64,000 nucleotides of DNA. It comes from Polyangia bacterium (GTDB taxonomy: Bacteria > Myxococcota_A > Polyangia > Fen-1088). The position numbers and the translations under genes were made by a program. How positions within the stretch are numbered: position 1 is the stretch's first letter; each line of letters starts with the position of its first letter. Below are positions 24,580-33,841 of this stretch, piece after piece. Below the pieces are notes generated by a model. The model did no database searches. It was not told where the DNA came from and saw nothing but the letters and a program-made list of their open reading frames with translations. Where the stretch lies: the NCBI GenBank assembly GCA_045802645.1, contig JBJMQQ010000013.1, positions 1,588 to 65,587 of the forward strand. The letters are read 5' to 3'.

Positions 24580-26796
24580 TCAGCGCCGCCGCCGCGAGAC
24601 CAGGAGCGCCATCAGCAGGGCTGTCGCTGTGAGCCACGACCACCGGTTGGGGAGCCTGCTTGCGGTGCACCCGCAGCCGGATGCCGGCGGCGTGTGCGGG
24701 ACGACGGAGACGCCGACGATCGGGTCGGCGCCGTCAACGGCGGCATCGGCGGTCCCCATGGGCGGCGGGGTGGCGTCCGTGTGACCAGCGCCTCCGTCCG
24801 GTTGCTTGATCGCGCCGGCGTCCGCGGTGGCGATCGGAGGCGGGCTGGCGTCCGTGCGCGGCGGCGGCGCAGCACCCGCGTCGGCCGGTACCACCATCCC
24901 CGGATTGCAGCTGCCGGCCGGGACGGTGACGTCGGCGGCGGGCGTGACGGCGACGTAAGAGATCGAGTCGCCGGCGTAGTTCTCGGCGCCCGTTGCGCAG
25001 AGGCCGGTCACGGGGACGGTCGCCGCGTTCGTCGCGACGTGGACGGTCACGGTGCCGTCGGCCGCGATCGTCGCCGACGCGCCGGACGTATCGAACGGCG
25101 CGCGCGCCGCCACGCGCGCGCCCAGCACGTCCATCGTCGGGCTGACGATGGGCACCGTCATCAGCGCCGCGTATTTGTCGAACGCGGCGTCCAGCAGATC
25201 CGACAGCAGGCTGTGACCGCCGCCGTTGTCGCGCGTATCGGCCTGGTGGAACATCCAGGGGTCGTTCTCGCCGCGCAGCAGGTAGCCGAGCAGCGTGGTG
25301 CTGACCTTGTCGATCAGCGCGGGGTAGTCCAGGTTGGTGCTGTTGCGCGTGTTGTACTCGGCGACCCATTGGGCCGGCGTCGAGACGCTGTAGTAGAGGT
25401 CCGTCGGGCGCCGCGGGATCAGCAGGAGTCCTGCCTGCAGCGTGCTGGGGATCCCCTGGTTGAAGCTGGGATTGTTGTAGCCGGGCTGGGATGTGTCGCT
25501 GACCAGGTAGCGAATGCCTGTGGCGGCCGCCGCGGCGAGCACGTTCGCGTTGGCCAGACCGCTGACGTCCGGCGTGACGGCCGCGGCGACGCTGTACGGC
25601 GTGAGCCCCAGTTGCGCGACGCGATCATCGTTGCGCGTGAACTCGGACAGCGCGGTCGCGTAGTCCATCGAGGTCATGTCCAGGTGATCCCAGGTGTGGT
25701 TGATCCACGCGAACCCGGCGCCGATCGCCTGCGCCTTGGCTGTCAGGGGGTCTCCGTCGACGGCTTTCGCGGTGTTCACGCAGAAGGCGGCCCGGAAGTC
25801 GGCGGTCACCGGCTTTTGACGGCGGGCCGTCTGCCAGGCGAAGAAGGACTGCAGATCGGCGTCCGTGATCCGCACCGCCGCAGAGCCGTCGTACATGCGG
25901 CTGGCCAGGAACAGGTCGTCGATCTGCACGCCTGCGTAGGTGTGACGCTCGCCGATGAAGACGCCGTGCGATGCCCAGCGAATCACGCCGAACATCAGCT
26001 GCATCGTGTGGGCCGCGCCGTCCGCCTGCGAAAACGTGAGCGCCAGCGTTTCGCGTCCGTCGGCATTTCGCCGCGTCGCCGCCAGTGCGTGCCCCGCGTC
26101 GTCGGTCAAGAGCGGGGTCGTCGACGCATCCGCCGGGGCCGCGGTGTAGACGACGGCGTTCGCGATCGCGATCGGGTTCGTGCAGTTCGCCCCGACGAAA
26201 ACCTTCGCCCCGTCGGACGTGCAGTGCGCAGCGACGGTGCCGGCGGCGGTCGTGGTGGTCGCAACGAAGCCGTAGCCGGCGTCCGGCAGCGTGTAGAGCG
26301 CGGCGCGACGCACGCCGAAGGTCGCTTCGTAGGCGGCCAGCGCTTGCCACTCGGCGTCGGTGAATGCGCTGGTCCCGCTCCCCGTCAGCAGCGCGCCGCG
26401 ATCGAGAAGAATCGCGTTGTAGCGGCCGTGCGTGCCGGCCGCCAGTTGATCGGCCGTGAGTCGTTGTCCGTGTGTCGCGTCGTGGACGTCGAACGGCGTG
26501 CCCAGCCGTTTCAACGCGGCCTGTACCGCATTTGCCGCGGGATCCGTGCCGTCGGCCGTGATCACCAGGACGCGTGCGTCCACGGTCGCACCGGCGATCC
26601 GGGTTGCGCCGGTGGCGGGAGCGTCCGGCACGGGGCTCTTCGGCGCCGGCTGCGCAACGGCCGCGGCGGAGATTGACACCGCGGAGATCTCTGGCGCCGC
26701 GGTCGGCTCGCCGGGCACGGGCGTGCGCTCTGGCGTACAAGCCCAGCCGGTCGACAAAGCCAGCCCGGCCGCCAGCGCTCTAAGAGTGAATCGCAT
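24580..26796 (-). CDS. Secreted lipoprotein with MYXO-CTERM anchor; possible polysaccharide deacetylase-like (CE4/Agd3-like) domain
   Basis: Lipobox ALSTGWAC after MRFTLRALAAGLA. Central NHTWDHLDM resembles CE4 motif H-S/T-x-x-H. C-terminal GCGCTASRLPNRWSWLTATALLMALLVSRRRR is a canonical MYXO-CTERM. The domain call is tentative. Confidence 0.7.
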   Translation of the reverse strand: MRFTLRALAAGLALSTGWACTPERTPVPGEPTAAPEISAVSISAAAVAQPAPKSPVPDAPATGATRIAGATVDARVLVITADGTDPAANAVQAALKRLGTPFDVHDATHGQRLTADQLAAGTHGRYNAILLDRGALLTGSGTSAFTDAEWQALAAYEATFGVRRAALYTLPDAGYGFVATTTTAAGTVAAHCTSDGAKVFVGANCTNPIAIANAVVYTAAPADASTTPLLTDDAGHALAATRRNADGRETLALTFSQADGAAHTMQLMFGVIRWASHGVFIGERHTYAGVQIDDLFLASRMYDGSAAVRITDADLQSFFAWQTARRQKPVTADFRAAFCVNTAKAVDGDPLTAKAQAIGAGFAWINHTWDHLDMTSMDYATALSEFTRNDDRVAQLGLTPYSVAAAVTPDVSGLANANVLAAAAATGIRYLVSDTSQPGYNNPSFNQGIPSTLQAGLLLIPRRPTDLYYSVSTPAQWVAEYNTRNSTNLDYPALIDKVSTTLLGYLLRGENDPWMFHQADTRDNGGGHSLLSDLLDAAFDKYAALMTVPIVSPTMDVLGARVAARAPFDTSGASATIAADGTVTVHVATNAATVPVTGLCATGAENYAGDSISYVAVTPAADVTVPAGSCNPGMVVPADAGAAPPPRTDASPPPIATADAGAIKQPDGGAGHTDATPPPMGTADAAVDGADPIVGVSVVPHTPPASGCGCTASRLPNRWSWLTATALLMALLVSRRRR

Positions 26797-27111
26797 ATCT
26801 GCCTCCCACGGCCCCGTCGATCTGCAAGCACCGCTTGTGCCCAATGCAACGTCATCCGCAAGTGACCGTAACCGCGGCGTCCTTGCGCGGCGCTCGTTGC
26901 CGGCCCGTCACGCTGCGGTAACCAAACTTCACCGCGCTTCGCAGCGGCGAAACGGCCGCATCCCGCGACGGCTCATCGCCGGCTGCCATCGACGATGTGG
27001 GATTCTCGGGCGACTCGCGACCCGTCCGTCGGGGTTGTACGTACGTGTGGGAAAGCAGGCGTCGCGCGATTTTCGCCGGCCGCGTGAGCCGTTTCGCCGG
27101 GCTGGTGGCTC

Positions 27112-28140
27112 TTGCCCGGTATGACACACCTCTCGCCCCATTTTCGCCGACGGTTCCGGCTCGGTCTGGTCTGCGCCACGACGCTGGCGCTGCTGGGCTG
27201 CGGGGGCAGCCCGGCGGGATCTCCGACGGGGGCGGGTGGGGCAGCGGCTGCGGGCGGGTCGGGCGTGGGCGGGTCGGGCGGCGTCAAACCTGGGTCGGGC
27301 GGTTCGACGACGGCGGGAATGGCGGGTCGCGGCGCCGGGGGAACCGGCGCGGGCGCCGGCGGGGCGGGTACGGGCGGAACCGGCGCCGCGATGGGCGGGG
27401 GGACCGGCGGCAGCGCCGGCGGGGGCGTGATCAGCAAGGTCGGCATCACCCAGTGCAACGACGGCATCGACAACGACGGTGACGGCAAGATCGATCTCGC
27501 CGATCCCGAGTGCACGGGACCCTACGACAACGACGAGGGTTCGTTCGCGACCGGCATTCCGGGCGACAACATGGACGCCTGCAAGCAGGACTGCTTCTTC
27601 GACGGCAACTCGGGGATGGGCGACGACGGCTGTCTGTGGCAGCTACAATGCGACCCGCTCAGCAACGAGCCAAAGTGCGCCTACGATCCCAGCTTCGTCT
27701 CGCACCATTCGGCCGAGTGTTCGATCTCGGACTCCCAGTCGCAGCACTGCATCGACAAGTGCCGGCCGGTGACGCCGAACGGCTGCGACTGTTTTGGTTG
27801 CTGCCAGGTTCCAGGCGTGGGGCACCCGATTCGCCTCGACTCGACCTGCAAGACCACCGCGGACTTCGGCGATCCCAACAAGTGCCCGGCCTGCACGCAG
27901 GTCACGCAATGCATGAACACCTGCGGGCATTGCCAGCTTTGCCTCGGCAAGACGACGCTGCCCCCCGACTGCGCGACGGGCGGCGGCGGCGGCGGTGCGG
28001 GGACCGACGGAGGTGCCGGCACCGACGCTGGCCCGCCGGTGCCGCAGTGCGATCCCGGCGTCCAGCCGTGCGGCCCGGATCTGCCGGGCTGCCCCGAGAG
28101 CGCCGCCTGCATCACGGGCTGCTGCATCCCGCTGCCCTGA
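27112..28140 (+). CDS. Gly-rich-linker lipoprotein with Cys-rich domain containing a MopE-like putative metal-binding motif
   Basis: Lipobox LALLGCGG. A ~70-aa Gly-rich linker. CNDGIDNDGDGKIDLADPEC (DxDGDG Ca/metal-binding-like motif) followed by a >20-Cys domain. Confidence 0.7.
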   Translation: MPGMTHLSPHFRRRFRLGLVCATTLALLGCGGSPAGSPTGAGGAAAAGGSGVGGSGGVKPGSGGSTTAGMAGRGAGGTGAGAGGAGTGGTGAAMGGGTGGSAGGGVISKVGITQCNDGIDNDGDGKIDLADPECTGPYDNDEGSFATGIPGDNMDACKQDCFFDGNSGMGDDGCLWQLQCDPLSNEPKCAYDPSFVSHHSAECSISDSQSQHCIDKCRPVTPNGCDCFGCCQVPGVGHPIRLDSTCKTTADFGDPNKCPACTQVTQCMNTCGHCQLCLGKTTLPPDCATGGGGGGAGTDGGAGTDAGPPVPQCDPGVQPCGPDLPGCPESAACITGCCIPLP

Positions 28141-28206
28141 GCTGAAGCGCTCGCCGAATGAGGCTTGCGTAAGCCAGCGGCGGATCGCAGGTTCCATGAG
28201 CACCAG

Positions 28207-30051
28207 ATGGGGGCTCGGATCGAAGACTATGCGCTGGTCGGCGACACGCAGACGGCGGCGCTGATCAGCCGGGACGGGTCCCTGGACTGGGCCTGCTTCC
28301 CGCGCTTCGATTCGGGCGCCTGCTTCGCCGCGTTGATCGGGCAGCGCGAAAACGGCCGCTGGCGCATCGCGCCCGACGTCCCCGTGCGCGCCATCCGCCG
28401 GCGCTACCGCCCGGGCACGCTGATCCTCGAGACCGAGATGGACACCGATGGGGGCACCTGCCGCCTCATCGATTTCATGCCTGTTCGCGGTCACGCGCCG
28501 GACATCGTCCGGATCGTGGAAGGCGTGCGCGGCACGGTCCCGATGCGCTCGGACCTGGTGATCCGCTTCGACACGGGGCGGGTGGTGCCCTGGGTGCGCC
28601 GCCACCACGACGCGCTGGTGGCGATCGCCGGGCCGGACGCGCTGTGCATCCGCGGCGACGTCGCCATGCACGGCGAGGGACTGGCGACGGTCGGGACGTT
28701 CGACCTGAAGGCGGGGCAGCGTCGATCGGTCGTCATGACCTGGTTCGCGTCGCACGATCCCAAGCCCAAGCCCGTCGATCCCGCCCAGGCGCTGGCGGAG
28801 ACCGAGCAGTGGTGGGTCGGGTGGTGCGGCCGGCTCACCTATGAGGGCCCGCACCGCGACATCGTCGCGCGGTCGATGATGGTGCTGAAGGCGCTGACCT
28901 ACCAGCCGACGGGCGGGATCGTGGCTGCCCCGACGACGTCGCTGCCGGAATGGCCCGGCGGCGTGCGGAACTGGGACTACCGCTACTGCTGGCTGCGCGA
29001 CGCCACGCTGACGCTGTATGCGCTGATGCAGGGGGGCTACCAGCACGAAGCGCGCGCCTGGCGCGAGTGGCTGCTGCGCGCCGCCGCCGGTGATCCGTCG
29101 GAGCTGCAGATCATGTACGGCCTCGCGGGCGAGCGGCGCCTGCCCGAGTACGAGGCGCCCTGGCTTTGTGGTTACGAAGGGTCGAAGCCGGTTCACATCG
29201 GCAACGCCGCGCACGAGCAGCTGCAGCTCGACGTCTACGGCGAGCTCATCGAGGCCCTCTACGAGTCGCGGCGGTTCGGCATCCCGCCCGATCGCTGGGC
29301 CTGGGCGCTGGAAAAGGCGCTGCTGGATTCGCTGGAGACGAAGTGGCACCAGCCCGACGAAGGGATCTGGGAGATCCGCGGCGAGCGGCGGCACTTTACC
29401 TATTCGAAGGTGATGGCCTGGGTCGCGTTCGATCGGGCCGTGAAGTCGGCCGAGCAGATCCCGCTGGATGGCCCCGTCGAGAAATGGCGGCGAATTCGGG
29501 ACGAGATCCACGCGGAGGTGTGCGCGCGTGGCTTCGACGCGTCGGCGAACACCTTCACCCAGTCGTACGGCAGCCCGGAGCTCGACGCCAGCCTGCTGAT
29601 GATCCCGCTGGTCGGATTCCTGCCGTGCCAGGACGAACGCGTGCTGGGGACGCTGCGCGCCGTCGAGCGCGACCTGATGAAGGACGGGTTCCTGCTGCGC
29701 TACAAGACCGACCCGAAGCGCTCGCCCGACGGTCTGCCGCCCGGCGAAGGGGTGTTCCTGCCGTGCTCCTTCTGGTTGGCCGACACGTATCTACAGATGG
29801 GCCGGCGTGAGGAGGCCCAAGCGCTGTTCGATCGTCTGTGCGCGGTGGCCAACGATCTGGGACTGCTATCCGAGGAGTACGACCCGCAGGCGAAGCGGCT
29901 GCTGGGGAACTTTCCGCAGGCGTTCACGCACCTGGCGCTGATCAACACCGCCTTCAACCTGGCCGGTCACCCGGGCAGCGCGGCCCGGCACCGCCAGAAC
30001 GGGCACGGGCGGTCGCCGGATGAAGCTTCCGATCAGTCGCGCCAGGCGTAG
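28207..30051 (+). CDS. Glycoside hydrolase family 15 (glucoamylase/trehalase-related) protein
   Basis: Typical bacterial GH15-like N- and catalytic domains (IEDYALVGDTQTAALISRDGSLDWACFPRFDS ... WDYRYCWLRDATLTLYAL ... FLPCSFWLAD). ATG 28207 (alternative TTG 28165). Confidence 0.85.
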   Translation: MGARIEDYALVGDTQTAALISRDGSLDWACFPRFDSGACFAALIGQRENGRWRIAPDVPVRAIRRRYRPGTLILETEMDTDGGTCRLIDFMPVRGHAPDIVRIVEGVRGTVPMRSDLVIRFDTGRVVPWVRRHHDALVAIAGPDALCIRGDVAMHGEGLATVGTFDLKAGQRRSVVMTWFASHDPKPKPVDPAQALAETEQWWVGWCGRLTYEGPHRDIVARSMMVLKALTYQPTGGIVAAPTTSLPEWPGGVRNWDYRYCWLRDATLTLYALMQGGYQHEARAWREWLLRAAAGDPSELQIMYGLAGERRLPEYEAPWLCGYEGSKPVHIGNAAHEQLQLDVYGELIEALYESRRFGIPPDRWAWALEKALLDSLETKWHQPDEGIWEIRGERRHFTYSKVMAWVAFDRAVKSAEQIPLDGPVEKWRRIRDEIHAEVCARGFDASANTFTQSYGSPELDASLLMIPLVGFLPCQDERVLGTLRAVERDLMKDGFLLRYKTDPKRSPDGLPPGEGVFLPCSFWLADTYLQMGRREEAQALFDRLCAVANDLGLLSEEYDPQAKRLLGNFPQAFTHLALINTAFNLAGHPGSAARHRQNGHGRSPDEASDQSRQA

Positions 30052-32135
30052 GGCGGGGCGGGGGTGACGTCGGCGCCGGCGCAGTTGCTGCCGACGGTGT
30101 TGTCGACGAAGCCGCAGAAGCTCCCGCTGCTCTCGGTCATGCTCGCGCCGCGATACTCGATGTCGCCCAGCAGTTGCGCCGTGCCCGAGATCGATTGCGG
30201 CCGCTCGAACCACCCAGGCGCGTAGGGCCACGACACGTTCTCGGTCCCGCCGTTGACCGTCATGCCCGTGCCGACGATCGAAAGTCCGGTGACGGTGCCG
30301 GCCGTCACCGTGCCACCCAAGATCACGGCGTGGCCGTCGATGCGGGCGCCCGCGCCGACGGTGCCGCTGAGGACGGCCGCCAGCGGACCCACGTACGCCC
30401 CGGTGGCGACGCTGGCGCCGGACGCGACCCAACCCCCGCCGTTCGACCAACGCGCGCCCGCCGGCGACGGGTTGGGGGCGTTCGGCTGGTAGCCGTCCGG
30501 CTGCCCGTTGCCGACCTGGATCATGTACGGGTAGCGGGCGACGGTCGGGTAGAGTTGGTCCCAGTTGATCTGCTGCTGCACGGACGGCGTGGCCATCACG
30601 ACCAGCCACACCGATTCGCCCGCGTTCACGCAGAAGGTCAGCGCGCCGTCGGTGCCGCTCTGAATCTTGCTGTAGCGCGGCTTCGTGACGGCCACGTCGG
30701 TGGCGACGATCCCCCACCGAAAATCGGCGTGGGCGGCGGCCTGCAGCACGCCGCGGAAGGTGATGGTCACCGACGTGGCGCCAGCGTCGGGGAACAGGCG
30801 CACGACGTCGTAGCCCCAGCGCTGCGGCGCCTGCAGTGGATGCACGGCGTAGCGCCGGTTCGCGGCGTCCGTCTGTTCCAGGCGCGTGAGTCGCAGCCGC
30901 CGCTCGGGCTTGGACGTGTCCGTCGGCAGGCCGTAGTTCGACCGAAAGACGCTCCCCAGGTTCGTTCCGGCCGTGGCTTCGGGCGCCGGGTCGACGTAGT
31001 CCCAGGTGATGTTGTGCATCGCCCACTCGGCGAAAAAGTCGTTCAGCTGCGCGACCGACCAGCCGCGTGTCGACATGATGTTGGTGAACGGATCGTTGCT
31101 GGGCGGCGCCGCCGTCCAGATCGCGTTGACCGCCGAATAGCAGAAGCGATCCTTCAGGTACTCCATGAACTGCCAGTTGCAGTAACGATCGCGCGTCGAG
31201 CCCAGATACAGGTGCGGCGCGTTGTCCAGGTACTCCGAGCAGTGGACATTCGTCGTGTGGTACTCGGGCAGCTGGAACGCTCGCCAGTTGGCGTGGCTCT
31301 CGTAGATCCATCCGCAGAAGTTGCTGTTGGCGTTGCCGCCGCACGACAGCCCGCGCGTCGTGGATTGGACCGCGTGCATGAACTCGTGCGCGAGCCCCCA
31401 ATGGTCGGCCGTGGCGCCCGGGCCGACCCACATGCCCATGTAGCCGGTTCCCCAGCCGCCGCCGGTCAGGCCGTAGTCGCTGTGGATGACGATGCTGGCC
31501 TTGTACTTCGTCGCGGAGCTGCAGTAGGGCTCGGGGAAGTAGATCGGGCTGCCGAAGAGATTCGGCCAGATGACGTTCTCCAGCTGGTCGGTCGCCTGCG
31601 TGCACTGCGCGGCGGTGATGGTGCCCGACGGCGCGTGCACGGCGAAGTGCGCGCTCTGGCAGACGACGGGATCGTTGGTCGTCGAGCCCGGATCCGTCCA
31701 GGTCCCGGAGACGCAGGTCGTCGCCGGCGCCGCCTGACAGCTGGTTGCCCAGGCGGTGGTCGTGGTCCCCATGTCGCAGCTGCCGGGCGTCCCGCCGGTT
31801 GCCACCGGGCCGCCCGTGCCGATCGTGCCGCCGGTGGCGGTCATCCCACCATTGCCCGGCGCCCCACCGGTGGCCGTCGCGCCGCCTCTGCCGGTACCGC
31901 CACTGCCGGTCGCTCTGCCGCCGCTGCCCGGCGTGACGCCGCCGCTGCCTGCGGACGTGCCGCCCGTGTTGCCGCCGCTACCCGCCGTCGGTCCCGGGGA
32001 GCCGCCTGTCTGGGCTGGCGCCGTACCCCCCGAGCCAGCGGCCGTCGTCGAACCCCCACCGCCGCCGCATCCCAGCAAAGTCGCAAACATGACGATCGCG
32101 GGCCGACCCGCTGCCGGGGCAAAGCAGCGCTTCAT
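30033..32135 (-). CDS. Secreted lipoprotein, putative zinc metalloprotease (HExxH) with C-terminal Gly-rich beta-helix-like region
   Basis: Lipobox ATLLGCGG. Gly-rich linker. HEFMHAVQ with a downstream Glu (GWIYESHANW) suggests a gluzincin-like site. The C-terminal GxVxAG repeats are tentative. Confidence 0.65.
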   Translation of the reverse strand: MKRCFAPAAGRPAIVMFATLLGCGGGGGSTTAAGSGGTAPAQTGGSPGPTAGSGGNTGGTSAGSGGVTPGSGGRATGSGGTGRGGATATGGAPGNGGMTATGGTIGTGGPVATGGTPGSCDMGTTTTAWATSCQAAPATTCVSGTWTDPGSTTNDPVVCQSAHFAVHAPSGTITAAQCTQATDQLENVIWPNLFGSPIYFPEPYCSSATKYKASIVIHSDYGLTGGGWGTGYMGMWVGPGATADHWGLAHEFMHAVQSTTRGLSCGGNANSNFCGWIYESHANWRAFQLPEYHTTNVHCSEYLDNAPHLYLGSTRDRYCNWQFMEYLKDRFCYSAVNAIWTAAPPSNDPFTNIMSTRGWSVAQLNDFFAEWAMHNITWDYVDPAPEATAGTNLGSVFRSNYGLPTDTSKPERRLRLTRLEQTDAANRRYAVHPLQAPQRWGYDVVRLFPDAGATSVTITFRGVLQAAAHADFRWGIVATDVAVTKPRYSKIQSGTDGALTFCVNAGESVWLVVMATPSVQQQINWDQLYPTVARYPYMIQVGNGQPDGYQPNAPNPSPAGARWSNGGGWVASGASVATGAYVGPLAAVLSGTVGAGARIDGHAVILGGTVTAGTVTGLSIVGTGMTVNGGTENVSWPYAPGWFERPQSISGTAQLLGDIEYRGASMTESSGSFCGFVDNTVGSNCAGADVTPAPPYAWRD

Positions 32136-32176
32136 GGTCAGGAGGTGCCGTCACCTTTCGACGGGGGGTCAACCAA

Positions 32177-32689
32177 ATGAAATGGTCTGGTATCGTCATC
32201 CCGATGCGCGCCTTCACGACCGCGGCCTGCCTGCTCTTCTCGGTCGCCGTTGGGTGCGGGTCGAGCTTACCGTCGGGCGCTGGCGGAATCGGGGGGATGG
32301 CGACCGGCGGGTCGTTCGGGACCGGCGGGGCCTCGGGCGGCACCGGGGGCGCGGACGCGGGTGCGCTGGCGGCGGTGTGCCGGTCCTTCGCACAGGCCTA
32401 CGCCGCGGCGCTGCCGGCGGCGGAGCGGTGTTCGGTCGGCGCGAGCGACCCCTGTGCCACCCTCGTTCCACAAGCCGTGTCGGGCGACGTCTGCGTGACG
32501 GGCTGCCAAGTCTACGTCAGCGACGCGACTGCGCTGAACGCGATCATGCAGGGCATGGAGCAGGCCGGTTGCTCCACCTTGACGGCGTGCTTTCTGGCGA
32601 TTGCCTGCGCGACCCCCGCGGCGGGCTTTTGCATGCCGGGTGACGGCGGCGACGGCCGTTGCCAGAACCTCTACAACGTCGCGCGCTAA
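32177..32689 (+). CDS. Small Cys-rich lipoprotein, hypothetical
   Basis: Lipobox SVAVGCGS, Gly-rich linker, 10 Cys in the mature part. Confidence 0.5.
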   Translation: MKWSGIVIPMRAFTTAACLLFSVAVGCGSSLPSGAGGIGGMATGGSFGTGGASGGTGGADAGALAAVCRSFAQAYAAALPAAERCSVGASDPCATLVPQAVSGDVCVTGCQVYVSDATALNAIMQGMEQAGCSTLTACFLAIACATPAAGFCMPGDGGDGRCQNLYNVAR

Positions 32690-32722
32690 TCACCTGGACG
32701 CGCCGAGGCGCGCTCGTCTAGG

Positions 32723-33778
32723 CTAGGGCGCGGCGCGGGCCGCGGTGGCCAGGCTGGTTTGCACCGCCGATTCCAGCGCCCCCAGGTGATCGATCTGCGC
32801 GCTGACGGCGCGGAACCAATCGGTGGGGTCGACGCCGAAGCCGCCGCGGCGGTGGGCAATGGCGATCTGCTCCATCCGTTGCACGGCGGTGGCCACGTCC
32901 GAGGTCAGCTGCTCGTTCAGAAGGTCACGCGCGGGCGCCGGGGCCGCGTCCGTGAACAGATGCAAATAGCTGTCGCGCGCCGCGATGAGGCCCAGCAACG
33001 CCTGGTACTGGCCCTCGACGTAGCGGTCTCGCTCGAACGCGCTCACGAGCTGCGCGCGCTCGATCCCCGTCTTCTCTTTCGCGTTCAGCAGCGCGATCCA
33101 GGCCAGCGCCGTCGGCCGCTGCGCCGGGTCGGTGACCATCACCAGCAGCGCGTCGATGACCTGCAAGAACTCGCGGTTGAGCTGGCTGTAGGCTTCGATC
33201 AGCTCGGTCGGCCGCATCTTCAGCTTCTCGACGGCGGCGCGCGACGCGATGACGTCGGCCAGACGTTCGTCCGCGGCCGCCAGACGGCTCGCGATCCCGG
33301 GTGGCAGCCGCGCGCCGAACCGTTCGCGAAAAGCCGCGAAGTCGGCGCGGCATCGCTCGGTCGTGCGCCACTGCCGTGCCAGCTCCTCGCGGAACAGCCG
33401 CCCGCCCGACGCCGCGTACAGTGAAGAGACACCGCGCTCGCGCTGCGTCTCGTGGATGAGCGCGCTCAGGACACCGGTGGCTTCGTGGAACCGGGCCGGC
33501 TCCGTCGGTTCGATCAGCCGGCCCGGTCGGGGCGAGGTGCGCTGGAGGAACGCGATCTGTCTTTCGACTGCCGCGCCCTTCAGCACACCCGCCTCGACCG
33601 CCGCCTGCAACGCCGCCTCGAACGTCTCCCCCTCGAACTCGTGCATCTGCGTCCGGTCGGCGGCGTGGACGACCAGATTGATCGTGCGGACGTCGCCCTC
33701 GTACAACGCCTTCCCCCAGCCGTCCCCCGCCAGGCAGAACTGGACGATCCGTGTTGCTTCGTCGACCGTCAGTGCCAT
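32723..33778 (-). CDS. Stand-alone NIT (nitrate/nitrite-sensing) domain protein without recognisable output domain
   Basis: LIHETQRERGVSSLYAASGGRLFREELARQWRTTE matches the NIT-domain signature (HELQKERGxSAxYL). There is no ANTAR, HTH or kinase module. The ~80-aa N-terminal region is unknown. It is the last gene of the nirBD-narK operon side. Confidence 0.75.
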   Translation of the reverse strand: MALTVDEATRIVQFCLAGDGWGKALYEGDVRTINLVVHAADRTQMHEFEGETFEAALQAAVEAGVLKGAAVERQIAFLQRTSPRPGRLIEPTEPARFHEATGVLSALIHETQRERGVSSLYAASGGRLFREELARQWRTTERCRADFAAFRERFGARLPPGIASRLAAADERLADVIASRAAVEKLKMRPTELIEAYSQLNREFLQVIDALLVMVTDPAQRPTALAWIALLNAKEKTGIERAQLVSAFERDRYVEGQYQALLGLIAARDSYLHLFTDAAPAPARDLLNEQLTSDVATAVQRMEQIAIAHRRGGFGVDPTDWFRAVSAQIDHLGALESAVQTSLATAARAAP

Positions 33779-33841
33779 CCCGTCTAGCTTGTACCCGATG
33801 CGGTTAAGAGGTGGTTTCGGACCGGTACAATGTAAGTAACC

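Noticed and set aside
24289-32180. Shadow ORFs 24289..26676+, 24734..25369-, 25625..26740-, 27643..29511-, 30174..32180+
   Set aside because: Same reasoning. The real genes are the MYXO-CTERM protein, GH15 and the HExxH lipoprotein.
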